A DNA stretch of 64,000 nucleotides from the human T2T-CHM13v2.0 reference genome, Homo sapiens: NCBI RefSeq assembly GCF_009914755.1, contig NC_060933.1, one strand, 5' to 3'. Below, piece after piece: positions 43,101 to 56,600 of the stretch. The notes beneath the pieces are model-generated. The model did no database searches, was not told the DNA's origin, and saw nothing but the letters and a program-made list of their open reading frames with translations. The position numbers were made by a program, and so were the translations under genes. Every line of letters begins with the position of its first letter. The first letter of the stretch is position 1.

Positions 43101-46100
43101 TGGAAAGGAATACATTGGAATCAACCCGAGTGGAATGGAATGGAAAGGACTGGAATGGAGTGGAATGGAATGGAATGGAATGGAATGGAATCAACTCGAT
43201 TGGAATGGAATGGAATGGAATGGAATGGAATGGAATTAACCCGAATAGAATGGAATGGAATGGAATGGAACGGAACGGAAAGGAATGGAATGGAATGGAA
43301 TGGAATGGAAACAACCCGACTGCAGGGGAATGGAATGGAATGGAATGCAATGGAATGGATTCAACTTGAATGGAATGGAAAGAATGGAATCAACACGAGT
43401 GGAATGGCATGGATTGGAATGGAATGGAATGGAATCAACGCGAGTACAGGGGAATGGAATGGAATGGAATGCAATGTAATGGAATCATCCGTAATGGAAT
43501 GGAAAGGAATGGAATGGAATGGAATGGAATGGAATCAACTCGATTGCAATCGAATGGAATGGAATGGAATTAACCCGAATAGAATGGAATGGAATGGAAT
43601 GGAACGGAACGGAATGTAATGGAATGGAAGGGAATGCAATGGAACGGAAAGGAAGGGAATGGAATGGAATAGAATGGAATGCAATGGAATCAACGCGAGT
43701 GAAGGGGAATGGAATGGAATGGAATGCAATGGAATGGAATCTTCCGGAATGCAATGGAATGGAATAGAATGGAATGGAATCAACCCGAGTGCAATGGAAT
43801 GGAGTGGAATGGAATGGAATGGAATGGAACAACCCGAATGGAATGGAATGTAATCGAGAGTAAGGGAGTTGAATAGAATCAATCCGAATGTAATGGAATG
43901 GAATGGAACGGAATGGAATTGAATGGAATGGAATGGAAAGCAATGGAATGGAATCAACCCGAGTGCAATGGAATGGAGAGGAATGGAATGGAATGGAATG
44001 GAAACTACCCGAATGGAATGGAATGTAATGGAGTGTAAGGGAATTGAATAGAATAAATCCGAATGTAATGGAATGGAATGGAACGGAATGGAATGGAATG
44101 GAATGGAATGGCATGGAATGGAATGCAATGGAATGGAATCAACCCGAGTGCAATCGAATGGAATCGAATGGAAGGGAATGCAATGGAATGGATTCAACTT
44201 GAATGGAATGGAAAGAATGGAATCAACACGAGTGGAATGGCATGGATTGGAATGGAATGGAATGGAATCAACCCGAGTACAGGGGAATGGAATGGAATGG
44301 AATGCAATGGAATGGAATCATCCGTAATGGAATGGAAAGGAATGGAATGGAATGGAATGGAATGGAATGGAATCAACTCGATTGCAATCGAATGGAATGG
44401 AATGGAATTAACCCGAATAGAATGGAATGGAAAGGAATGGAACGGAACGGAACGGAATGGAATGGATTGGAATGGAATGGAATGGAATGGAATGGAACGG
44501 AAAGGAATGGAATGGAATGGAATGGAATGGAATGGAATGGAATGGAATGGAATCAACGCGAGTGCAGGGGAATGGAATGGAATGGAATGCAATGGAATGG
44601 AATCTTCCGGAATGGAATGGAATGGAATGGAATGGAATGGAATGGAATGGAATATACCCGAGTGCAATGGAATGGAGTGGAATGGAATGGAATGGAATGG
44701 AACAACCCGAATGGAATGGAATGTAATGGAGAGTAAGGGAGTTGAATAGAATCAATCCGAATGTAATGGAATGGAATGGAACGGAATGGAATTGAATGGA
44801 ATGGAATGGAATGCAATGGAATGGAATCAACCCGAGTGCAATGGAATGGAGAGGAATGGAATGGAATGGAATGGAAAATACCCGAATGGAATGGAATGTA
44901 ATGGAGTGTAAGGGAATTGAATAGAATCAATTCGAATGTAATGGAATGGAATGGAACGAAATGGAATGGAATGGAATGGAATGGAATGGAATGCAATGGA
45001 ATGGAATCAACCCGAGTGCAATCGAATGGAATCGAATGGAATGGCATGCAATGGAATGGATTCAACTTGAATGGAATGGAAAGAATGGAATCAACACGAG
45101 TGGAATGGCATGGATTGGAATTGAATGGAATGGAATCAACCCGAGTACAGGGGAATGGAATGGAATGGAATGCAATGGAATGGAACCATCCATAATGGAA
45201 TGGAAAGGAATGGAATGGAATGGAATGGAATGGAATGGAATGGAATCAACTCGATTGCAATCGAATGGAATGGAATGGAATTAACCCAAATAGAATGGAA
45301 TGGAATGGAATGGAACGGAACGGAATGGAATGGAATGGAATGGAATGGAATGGAACGGAACGGAACGGAATGGATGGAATGGAATGGAATGGAATGGAAT
45401 GGAATGGAATCAACTCGATTGCAATCGAATGGAATGGAATGGAATTAACCCGAATAGAATGGAATGGAATGGAATGGAACGGAACGGAATGGAATGTAAT
45501 GGAATGGAATGGAATGGAATCAACGCGAGTGCAGGGGAATGGAATGGAATGGAATGCAATGGAATGGAAACTTCCGGAATGGAATGGAATGGAATGGAAT
45601 TGAATGGAATGGAATGGAATCAACCCGAGTGCAATGGAATGGAGTGGAATGGAATGGAGTGGAATGGAACAACCCGAATGGAATGGAATGGAATGGAGAG
45701 TAAGGGAGTTGAATAGAATCAATCCGAATGTAATGGAATGGAATGGATCGGAATGGAATTGAATGGAATGTAATGGAATGCAATGGAATGGAATCAACCC
45801 GAGTGCAATGGAATGGAGAGGAATGGAATGGAATGGAATGGAAACTACCCGAATGGAATGGAATGTAATGGAGTGTAAGGGAATTGAATAGAATCACTCC
45901 GAATGTAATGGAATGGAATGGAACGGAATGGAATGGAATGGAATGGAATGGAATCAACGCGAGTGCAGGGGAATGGAAAGGAATGGAATGCAATGGAATG
46001 GAATCTTCCGGAATGGAATGGAATGGAATGGAATGGAATGAAATGCAATGGATTCAACTCGATTGCAATGGAATAGAATAGAATGGAATGGAATGGAATG

Positions 46101-49100
46101 GAATGGAATTAATCCGAATAGAATGGAATGGAATGGAATGGAACGGAATGGAACGGAATGGAATGGAATGGAATGCAATGGAATGGTATGGAATGGAATG
46201 GAATGGTACGGAATAGAATGGAATGGAAAGAATTGTAATGGAATGGAATTGAATGGAATGGAATGGAATGGAATGGAATCAACGCGAGTGCAGGGGAATG
46301 TAATGGAACGGAATGCAATGGAATGGAATCATCCGGAATGGAATGGAATGGAATGCAATGGAATGGAATCAACCCGAGTGCAATGGAATGGAATGGAATG
46401 GAATGGAATGGAATGGAACAACCCGAATGGAATGGAATGTAATGGAGAGTAAGGGAGTTGAATAGAATCAATCCGAATGTAATGGAATGGAATGCAACGG
46501 AATGGAATGGAATGGAATGGAATGGAATGCAATGGAATGGAATCAACCCGAGTACAATGGAATGGAATGGAATGGAATGGAATGGAATGGAATGGAATGC
46601 AATGGAATGGAATGGAATGGAATGATACGGAATAGAATGGAATGGAACGAAATGGAATGGAATGGAATGGAATGGAATGGAATGGAATGGAATGGAATGG
46701 AATCGTTCCGAGTGGATTAGGAGGGAATGTATTCGAGTGGAATGGAAAGGAATGGAATCAACCAGAGTGGAATGGAAGGGAATGGGATGGAATGGAAAAT
46801 AATAGAATGGAATCAACCCGAGTGGAATGGAATGGAAAGGACTGTAATGCAATGGAATGGAATGGAATGGAATGCAATGGAATGGAATCAACGCGAGTGC
46901 AGGGGAATGGAATGGAATGGAATGCAATGGAATGGAATCTTCCGGAATGGAATGGAATGGGTTGGAATGAAATGCAATTGATTCAACTCGATTGCAATGG
47001 AATGGAATAGAATGGTATGGAATGGAATGGAATGGAATGGAATTAACCCGAATAGAATGGAATGGAATGGAATGGAACGGAATGGAACGGAATGGAATGG
47101 AATGGAATGGAATGGAATGGTATGGAATGGAATGGAATGGAATGGAATGGAATTGAATGGAATCAACCCGAGTGTAATGGAATGGCGTGGAATGGAATGG
47201 AATGGAATGGAACAACCCGAATTGAATGGAATGTAATGGAGAGTAAGGGAGTTGAATAGAATCAATCCGAATGTAATGGAATGGAATGCAACGGAATGGA
47301 ATGGAATGGAATGGAATGGAATGCAATGGAATGGAATCAACCCGAGTACAATGGAATGGAATGGAATGGAATGGAATGGAATGGAATGGAATGGAATGCC
47401 TTCAAACCAAATGGAATGGAAAGGAATGGAATCAACACGAGTGGAATGGAATGGAATGGAATGGAATGGAATGGAATGGAATGGAATGCAATCGTTCCGA
47501 GTGGAATAGGAGGGAATGTATTCGAGTGGAATACAAAGGAATGGAATCAACCAGAGTGGAATGGAAGGGAATGGAATGGAATGGAAACTAATAGAATGGA
47601 ATCAACCCGAGTGGAATGGAATGGAAAAGACTGGAATGGAAAGGAATGGAATGGAATGGAATGGAATCAACGCGAGTGCACGGGAATGGAATGGAATCGA
47701 ATGGAATGGAATGGAATCAACCCGAGTGCAATCGAATGGAATCGAATGGAATGGAATGCAATGGAATGGATTCAACTTGAATGGAAAGGAAAGAATGGAA
47801 TCAACACGAGTGGAATGGCATGGATTGGAATGGAATGGAATGGAATCAACCCGAGTACAGGGGAATGGAATGGAATGGAATGCAATGGAATGGAATCATC
47901 AGTAATGGAATGGAAAGGAATGGAAAGGACTGGAATGGAATGGAATGGAATGGAATGGAATGCAATCAAATCGATTGCAATGGAATGGAATGGAATGGAA
48001 TTAACCCGAATAGAATGGAATGGAATGGAATGGAACGGAACGGAACGGAATGGAATGGAATGGAATGGAATGGAATGGAACGGAAAGGAATGGAATGGAA
48101 TGGAATGGAACGGAATGGAAAGGAATCGAATCAACGCGAGTGCAGAGGAATGGAATGGAATCGAATGGAATGGAAAGGAATGGAATGGAATTAACCCTAG
48201 TGCAGGGGAAGGTAATGGAACCGAATGCAATGGAATGCAATCATCCGGAATGGAATGGAATGGAATGGAATGGAATCAACCCGAGTGCAATGGAATGGAG
48301 TTGAATGGAAAGGAATGGAATGGAACAACCCGAATGGAATGGAATGTAATGGAGAGTAAGGGAGTTGAAAAGAATCAATCCGAATGTAATGGAATGGAAT
48401 GGAACGGAATGGAATGGAATGGGATGGAATGGAATGGAATGCAATGGAATGGAATCTACCTGAGTACAATGGAATGGAATGGAATGGAATGGAATGGAAT
48501 GGAATGGAATGCAATGGAATGGAATGCAATGTAATGGAATCTTCCGGAATGGAATGGAATGGAATGGAATGGAATGCAATGGATTCAACTCGATTGCAAT
48601 GGAATGGAATAGAATGGAATGGAGTGGAATGGAATGGAATGGAATTAAACCGAATAGCATGGAATGGAATGGAATGGAACGGAACAGAACGGAACGGAAC
48701 GGAACGGAGTGGAATGGAATGGAATGGAATTGTATGGAATGGAATGGAATGGTACGGAATAGAATGGAATGGAAAGAATTGGAATGGAATGGAATCGAAT
48801 GGAATCGAATGGAATGGAATGGAATCAACCCGAGTGCAGGGGAATGTAATGGAACGGAATGCAATGGAATGGAATCATCCGGAATGGAATGGAATGGAAC
48901 GGAATGGAATGGAATGGAATGGAATGGAATCAACCCGAGTGCAATGGAATGGAGTGGAATGGAATGGAATGGAATGGAACAACCCGAATGGAATGGAATG
49001 TAATGGAGAGTAAGGGAGTTTGATAGAATCAATCCGAATGTAATGGAATGGAACGGAATGGAATGGAATGGAATGGAATGGAATGGAATGGAATGGAATG

Positions 49101-52100
49101 GAATGCAATGGAATGGAATCAAACAGAGTGCAATGGAATGGAGAGGAATGGAATGGAATGGAATGGAAACTACCCCAATGGAATGGAATGTAATGGAGTG
49201 TAAGGGAATTGAATAGAATCAATCCGAATGGAATGGAATGGAATGGAATGGAATGGAATCAACTCGATTGCAATCGAATGGAATGGAATGGAATTAACCC
49301 GAATAGAATGTAATGGAATGGAATGGAACGGAACGGAACGCAATGGAATGGAATGGAATGGAATGGAATGGAACGGAAAGGAAGGGAATGGCATGGAATA
49401 GAATGGAATGGAATGGAATCAACGCGAGTGCAGGGGAATGGAATGGAATGGAATGCAATGGAATGGAATCTTCCGGAATGGAATGGAATGGAATGGAATG
49501 GAATGGAATGGAATCAACCCGAGTGCTATGGAAAGGAGTGGAATGGAATGGCATGGAATGGAACAACCTGAATGGAATGGAATGTATTGGAGAGTAAGGG
49601 AGTTGAATAGAATCAATCCGAATGTAATGGAATGGAATGGAACGGAATGGAATTGAATGGAATGGAATGGAATGCAATGGAATGGAATCAACCCGAGTGC
49701 AATGGAATGGAGAGGAATGGAATGGAATGGAATGGAAACTACCCGAATGGAATGGAATGTAATGGAGTGTAAGGGAATTGAATAGAATCAATCCGAATGT
49801 AATGGAATGGAATGGAACGGAATGGAATGGAAAGGAATGGAATGGAATGGAATGGAATGGAATGGAATGCAATGGAATGGAATCAACCCGAGTGCAATCG
49901 AATGGAATCGAATGGAATGGAATGCAATGGAATGGATTAAACTTGAATGGAATGGAAAGAATGGAATCAACACGAGTGAAATGGCATGGCTTGGAATGGA
50001 ATGGAATGGAATCAACCCGAGTACAGGGGAATGGATTGGAATGGAATGTAATGGAATGGAATCATCCGTAATGGAATGGAAAGGAATGGAATGGAATGGA
50101 ATGGAATGGAATGGAATGGAATGGAATCAACTCGATTGCAATCGAATGGAATGGAATGGAATTAACCCGAATAGAATGGAATGGAATGGAATGGAACGGA
50201 ACGGAAAGGAATGGAATGGAATGGAATGGAATGGAATGGAACGGAACGGAACGGAACGGAATGGAATGGAATGGAATGGAATGGAATGGAATGCAATGGA
50301 ATGGAATCTTCCGGAATGGAATGGAATGGAATGGAATGGAATGAAATGCAATGGATTCAACTCGATTGCAATGGAATGGAATAGAATGGTATGGAATGGA
50401 ATGGAATGGAATTAATTCGAACAGAATGGAATGGAATGGAATGGAACGGAAAAGAACGGAATGGAATGGAATGGAATGGAATGGTATGGAATGGAATGGA
50501 ATGGTACGGAATAGAATGGAATGGAACGAATTGTAATGGAATGGAATTGAATGGAATGGAATGGAATCAACGCGAGTGCAGGGGAATGTAATGGAACGGA
50601 ATGCAATGGAATGGAATCATCCGGAATGGAATGGAATGGAATGGAATGGAATGGAATCAACCCGAGTGCAATGGAATGGAGTGGAATGGAATGGAATGGA
50701 ATGGAACAACCTGAATGGAATGGAATGTAATGGAGAGTAAGGGAGTTGAATAGAATCAATCCGAATGTAAAGGAATGGAATGCAACGGAATGGAATGGAA
50801 TGGAATGCAATGGAATGTAATGGAATTGAATCAACCCGAGTACAATGGAATGGAATGGAATGGAATGGAATGGAATGATACGGAATAGAATGGAATGGAA
50901 CGAAATGGAATGGAATGGAATGGAATGGAATGGAATGGAATGGAATGAAATGAAATCGTTCCGAGTGGAATAGTAGGGAATGTATTCGAGTGGAATGGAA
51001 AGGAATGGAATCAACCAGAGTGGAATGGAAGTGAACGGAATGGAATGGAAATTAATAGAATGGAATCAACCCGAGAGGAATGGAATGGAAAGGACTGGAA
51101 TGGAATGGAATGGAATGGAATCAACTCGATTTTAATGGAATGGAATGGAATGGAATGGAATGGAATGGAATTAACCCGAATACAATGCAATGGAATGGAA
51201 TGGAACGGAATGGAGTGGAATGGAATGGAATCAACCCGAGTGCATGGGAATGGAATGGAATGGAATGCAATGGAATGGAATCATCCGGAATGGAATGGAA
51301 TGGAATGGAATGCAAAGCAATGGAATCAACTCGATTGCAATGGAATGGAATGGAATGGAAAGGAATACATTGGAATCAACCCGAGTGGAATGGAATGGAA
51401 AGGACTGGAATGGAGTGGAATGGAATGGAATGGAATGGAATGGAATCAACTCGATTGGAATGGAATGGAATGGAATGGAATGGAATGGAATTAACCCGAA
51501 TAGAATGGAATGGAATGGAATGGAACGGAACGGAAAGGAATGGAATGGAATGGAATGGAATGGAAACAACCCGACTGCAGGGGAATGGAATGGAATGGAA
51601 TGCAATGGAATGGATTCAACTTGAATGGAATGGAAAGAATGGAATCAACACGAGTGGAATGGCATGGATTGGAATGGAATGGAATGGAATCAACGCGAGT
51701 ACAGGGGAATGGAATGGAATGGAATGCAATGTAATGGAATCATCCGTAATGGAATGGAAAGGAATGGAATGGAATGGAATGGAATGGAATCAACTCGATT
51801 GCAATCGAATGGAATGGAATGGAATTAACCCGAATAGAATGGAATGGAATGGAATGGAACGGAACGGAATGTAATGGAATGGAAGGGAATGCAATGGAAC
51901 GGAAAGGAAGGGAATGGAATGGAATAGAATGGAATGCAATGGAATCAACGCGAGTGAAGGGGAATGGAATGGAATGGAATGCAATGGAATGGAATCTTCC
52001 GGAATGCAATGGAATGGAATAGAATGGAATGGAATCAACCCGAGTGCAATGGAATGGAGTGGAATGGAATGGAATGGAATGGAACAACCCGAATGGAATG

Positions 52101-53669
52101 GAATGTAATCGAGAGTAAGGGAGTTGAATAGAATCAATCCGAATGTAATGGAATGGAATGGAACGGAATGGAATTGAATGGAATGGAATGGAATGCAATG
52201 GAATGGAATCAACCCGAGTGCAATGGAATGGAGAGGAATGGAATGGAATGGAATGGAAACTACCCGAATGGAATGGAATGTAATGGAGTGTAAGGGAATT
52301 GAATAGAATAAATCCGAATGTAATGGAATGGAATGGAACGGAATGGAATGGAATGGAATGGAATGGCATGGAATGGAATGCAATGGAATGGAATCAACCC
52401 GAGTGCAATCGAATGGAATCGAATGGAAGGGAATGCAATGGAATGGATTCAACTTGAATGGAATGGAAAGAATGGAATCAACACGAGTGGAATGGCATGG
52501 ATTGGAATGGAATGGAATGGAATCAACCCGAGTACAGGGGAATGGAATGGAATGGAATGCAATGGAATGGAATCATCCGTAATGGAATGGAAAGGAATGG
52601 AATGGAATGGAATGGAATGGAATGGAATCAACTCGATTGCAATCGAATGGAATGGAATGGAATTAACCCGAATAGAATGGAATGGAAAGGAATGGAACGG
52701 AACGGAACGGAATGGAATGGATTGGAATGGAATGGAATGGAATGGAATGGAACGGAAAGGAATGGAATGGAATGGAATGGAATGGAATGGAATGGAATGG
52801 AATGGAATCAACGCGAGTGCAGGGGAATGGAATGGAATGGAATGCAATGGAATGGAATCTTCCGGAATGGAATGGAATGGAATGGAATGGAATGGAATGG
52901 AATGGAATATACCCGAGTGCAATGGAATGGAGTGGAATGGAATGGAATGGAATGGAACAACCCGAATGGAATGGAATGTAATGGAGAGTAAGGGAGTTGA
53001 ATAGAATCAATCCGAATGTAATGGAATGGAATGGAACGGAATGGAATTGAATGGAATGGAATGGAATGCAATGGAATGGAATCAACCCGAGTGCAATGGA
53101 ATGGAGAGGAATGGAATGGAATGGAATGGAAAATACCCGAATGGAATGGAATGTAATGGAGTGTAAGGGAATTGAATAGAATCAATTCGAATGTAATGGA
53201 ATGGAATGGAACGAAATGGAATGGAATGGAATGGAATGGAATGGAATGCAATGGAATGGAATCAACCCGAGTGCAATCGAATGGAATCGAATGGAATGGC
53301 ATGCAATGGAATGGATTCAACTTGAATGGAATGGAAAGAATGGAATCAACACGAGTGGAATGGCATGGATTGGAATTGAATGGAATGGAATCAACCCGAG
53401 TACAGGGGAATGGAATGGAATGGAATGCAATGGAATGGAACCATCCATAATGGAATGGAAAGGAATGGAATGGAATGGAATGGAATGGAATGGAATGGAA
53501 TCAACTCGATTGCAATCGAATGGAATGGAATGGAATTAACCCAAATAGAATGGAATGGAATGGAATGGAACGGAACGGAATGGAATGGAATGGAATGGAA
53601 TGGAATGGAACGGAACGGAACGGAATGGATGGAATGGAATGGAATGGAATGGAATGGAATGGAATCAAC
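37119..53669 (+). repeat. Near-perfect tandem duplication, period 8255 bp (37119-45373 and 45374-53628, identity extends to 53669)
   Basis: ORFs identical at offset 8255 across the unit (37254..37448/45509..45703, 37854..39071/46109..47326, 39026..40279/47281..48534, 44946..45284/53201..53539). Only difference noticed: 43939 A vs 52194 T. Confidence 0.96.
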
Positions 53670-56600
53670 GCGAGTGCAGGGGAATGGAATGGAATGGAAT
53701 GCAATGGAATGGAATCTTCCGGAATGGAATGGAATGGGATGGAATGAAATGCAATTGATTCAACTCGATTGCAATGGAATGGAATAGAATGGTATGTAAT
53801 GGAATGGAATGGAATGGAATTAACCCGAATAGAATGGAATGGAATGGAATGGAACGGAATGGAGCGGAATGGAATGGAATGGAATGGAATGGAATGGTAT
53901 GGAATGGAATGGAATGGAATGGAATGGAATGGAATCAACCCGAGTGCAATGGAATGCAGTGGAATGGAATGGAATGGAATGGAACAACCCGAATTGAATG
54001 GAATGTAATGGAGAGTAAGGGAGTTGAATAGAATCAATCCGAATGTAATGGAATGGAATGCAAAGGAATGGAATGGAATGGAATGGAATGGAATGGAATG
54101 GAATGGAATGCAATGGAATGGAATCAACCCGAGTACAATGGAATGGAATGGAATGGAATGGAATGGAATGGAATGGAATGGAATGCCTTCAAACCGAATG
54201 GAATGGAAAGGAATGGAATCAACACGAGTGGAATGGAATGGAATGGAATGGAATGGAATGGAATGATACGGAATAGAATGGAATGGAACTAAATGGAATG
54301 GAATGGAATGGAATGGAATGGAATGCAATCGTTCCGAGTGGAATAGGAGGGAATGTATTCGAGTGGAATGGAAAGGAATGGAATCAACCAGAGTGGAATG
54401 GAAGGGAATGGAATGGAATGGAAACTAATAGAATGGAATCAACCCGAGTGGAATGGAATGGAGAAGACTGGAATGGAAAGGAATGGAATGGAATGGAATG
54501 GAATGGAATGGAATGGAATGGAATCAACCCGAGTGCAATCGAATGGAATCGAATGGAATGGAATGCAATGGAATGGATTCAACTTGAATGGAAAGGAAAG
54601 AATGGAATCAACACGATTGGAATGGCATGGATTGGAATGGAATGGAATGGAATCAAACCGAGTACAGGGGAATGGAATGGAATGGAATGCAATGGAATGG
54701 AATCATCCGTAATGGAATGGAAAGGAATGGAATGGAATGGAATGGAATGGAATGGAATGGAATGGAATGCAATCAACTAGATTGCAATCGAGTGGAATGG
54801 AATGGAATTAACCCGAATAGAATGGAATGGAATGGAATGGAACGGAACTGAATGGAATGGAATGGAATGGAATGGAATGGAACGGAAAGGAATGGAATGG
54901 AATGGAACGGAATGGAAAGGAATCGAATCAACGCGAGTGCAGAGGAATACAATGGAATCGAATGGAATGGAAAGGAATGCAATGGAATTAACCCGAGTGC
55001 AGGGGAAGGTAATGGAACCGAATGCAATGGAATGGAATCATCCGGAATGGAATGGAATGAAATGGAATGGAATCAACCCGAGTGCAATGGAATGGAGTGG
55101 AATGGAAAGGAATGGAATGGAACAACCCGAATGGAATGGAATGTAATGGAGAGTAAGGGAGTTGAAAAGAATCAATCCGAATGTAATGGAATGGAATGGA
55201 ACGGAATGGAATGGAATGGGATGGAATGGAATGGAATGCAATGGAATGGAATCTACCCGAGTACAATGGAATGGAATGGAATGGAATGGAATGGAATGGA
55301 ATGGAATGGAATGGAATGCAATGAAATGGAATCTTCCGGAATGGAATGGAATGGAATGGAATGGAATGCAATGGATTCAACTCGATTGCAATGGAATGGA
55401 ATAGAATGGAATGGAGTGGAATGGAATGGAATGGAATTAAACCGAATAGAATGGAATGGAATGGAATGGAACGGAACAGAACGGAACGGAACGGAACGGA
55501 GTGGAATGGAATGGAATGGAATTGTATGGAATGGAATGGAATGGTACGGAATAGAATGGAATGGAAAGAATTGGAATGGAATGGAATCGAATAGAATGGA
55601 ATGGAATGGAATGGAATCAACCCGAGTGCAGGGGAATGTAATGGAACGGAATGCAATGGAATGGAATCATCCGGAATGGAATGGAATGGAAGGGAATGGA
55701 ATGGAATGGAATGGAATGGAATCAACCCGAGTGCAATGGAATGGAGTGGAATGGAATGGAATGGAATGGAACAACCCGAATGGAATGGAATGTAATGGAG
55801 AGTAAGGGAGTTGAATAGAATCAATCCGAATGTAATGGAATGGAACGGAATGGAATGGAATGGAATGGAATGGAATGGAATGGAATGGAATGGAATGCAA
55901 TGGAATGGAATCAACCCGAGTGCAATGGAATGGAGAGGAATGGAATGGAATGGAATGGAAACTACCCGAATGGAATGGAATGTAATGGAGTGTAAGGGAA
56001 TTGAATAGAATCAATCCGAATGGAATGGAATGGAATGGAACGGAATGTAAAGGAATGGAATGGAATGGAATCAACCCGAGTGCAGGGGAATGGAATGGAA
56101 TGGAATGCAATGGAATGGAATAATCCGGAATGGAATGGAATGGAATGCAATGGAATGGAATGGAATGGAATCAACCCAAGTGCAATGGAATGGAGTGAAA
56201 TGGAATGGAATGGAATGGAGACAACCAGAATGGATTGGAATATAATGGAGTGTAAGGGAATTGAATAGAATCAATCTGAATGTAATGAAATGGAATGGAA
56301 CGGAATGGAATGGAATGGAATGGAATGGAATGGAATGCAATGGAATGGAATCAACCCGAGTGCAATCGAATGGAATCGAATGGAATGGAATGCAATGGAA
56401 TGGATTCAACTTGAATGGAATGGAAAGAATGGAATCAACACGAGTGAAATGGCATGGATTGGAATGGAATGGAATGGAATCAACCCGAGTATAGGGGAAT
56501 GGAATGGAATGGAATGCAATGGAATGGAATCATCCGTAATGGAATGGAAAGGAATGGAATGGAATGGAATGGAATGGAATGGAATGGAATCAACTCGATT

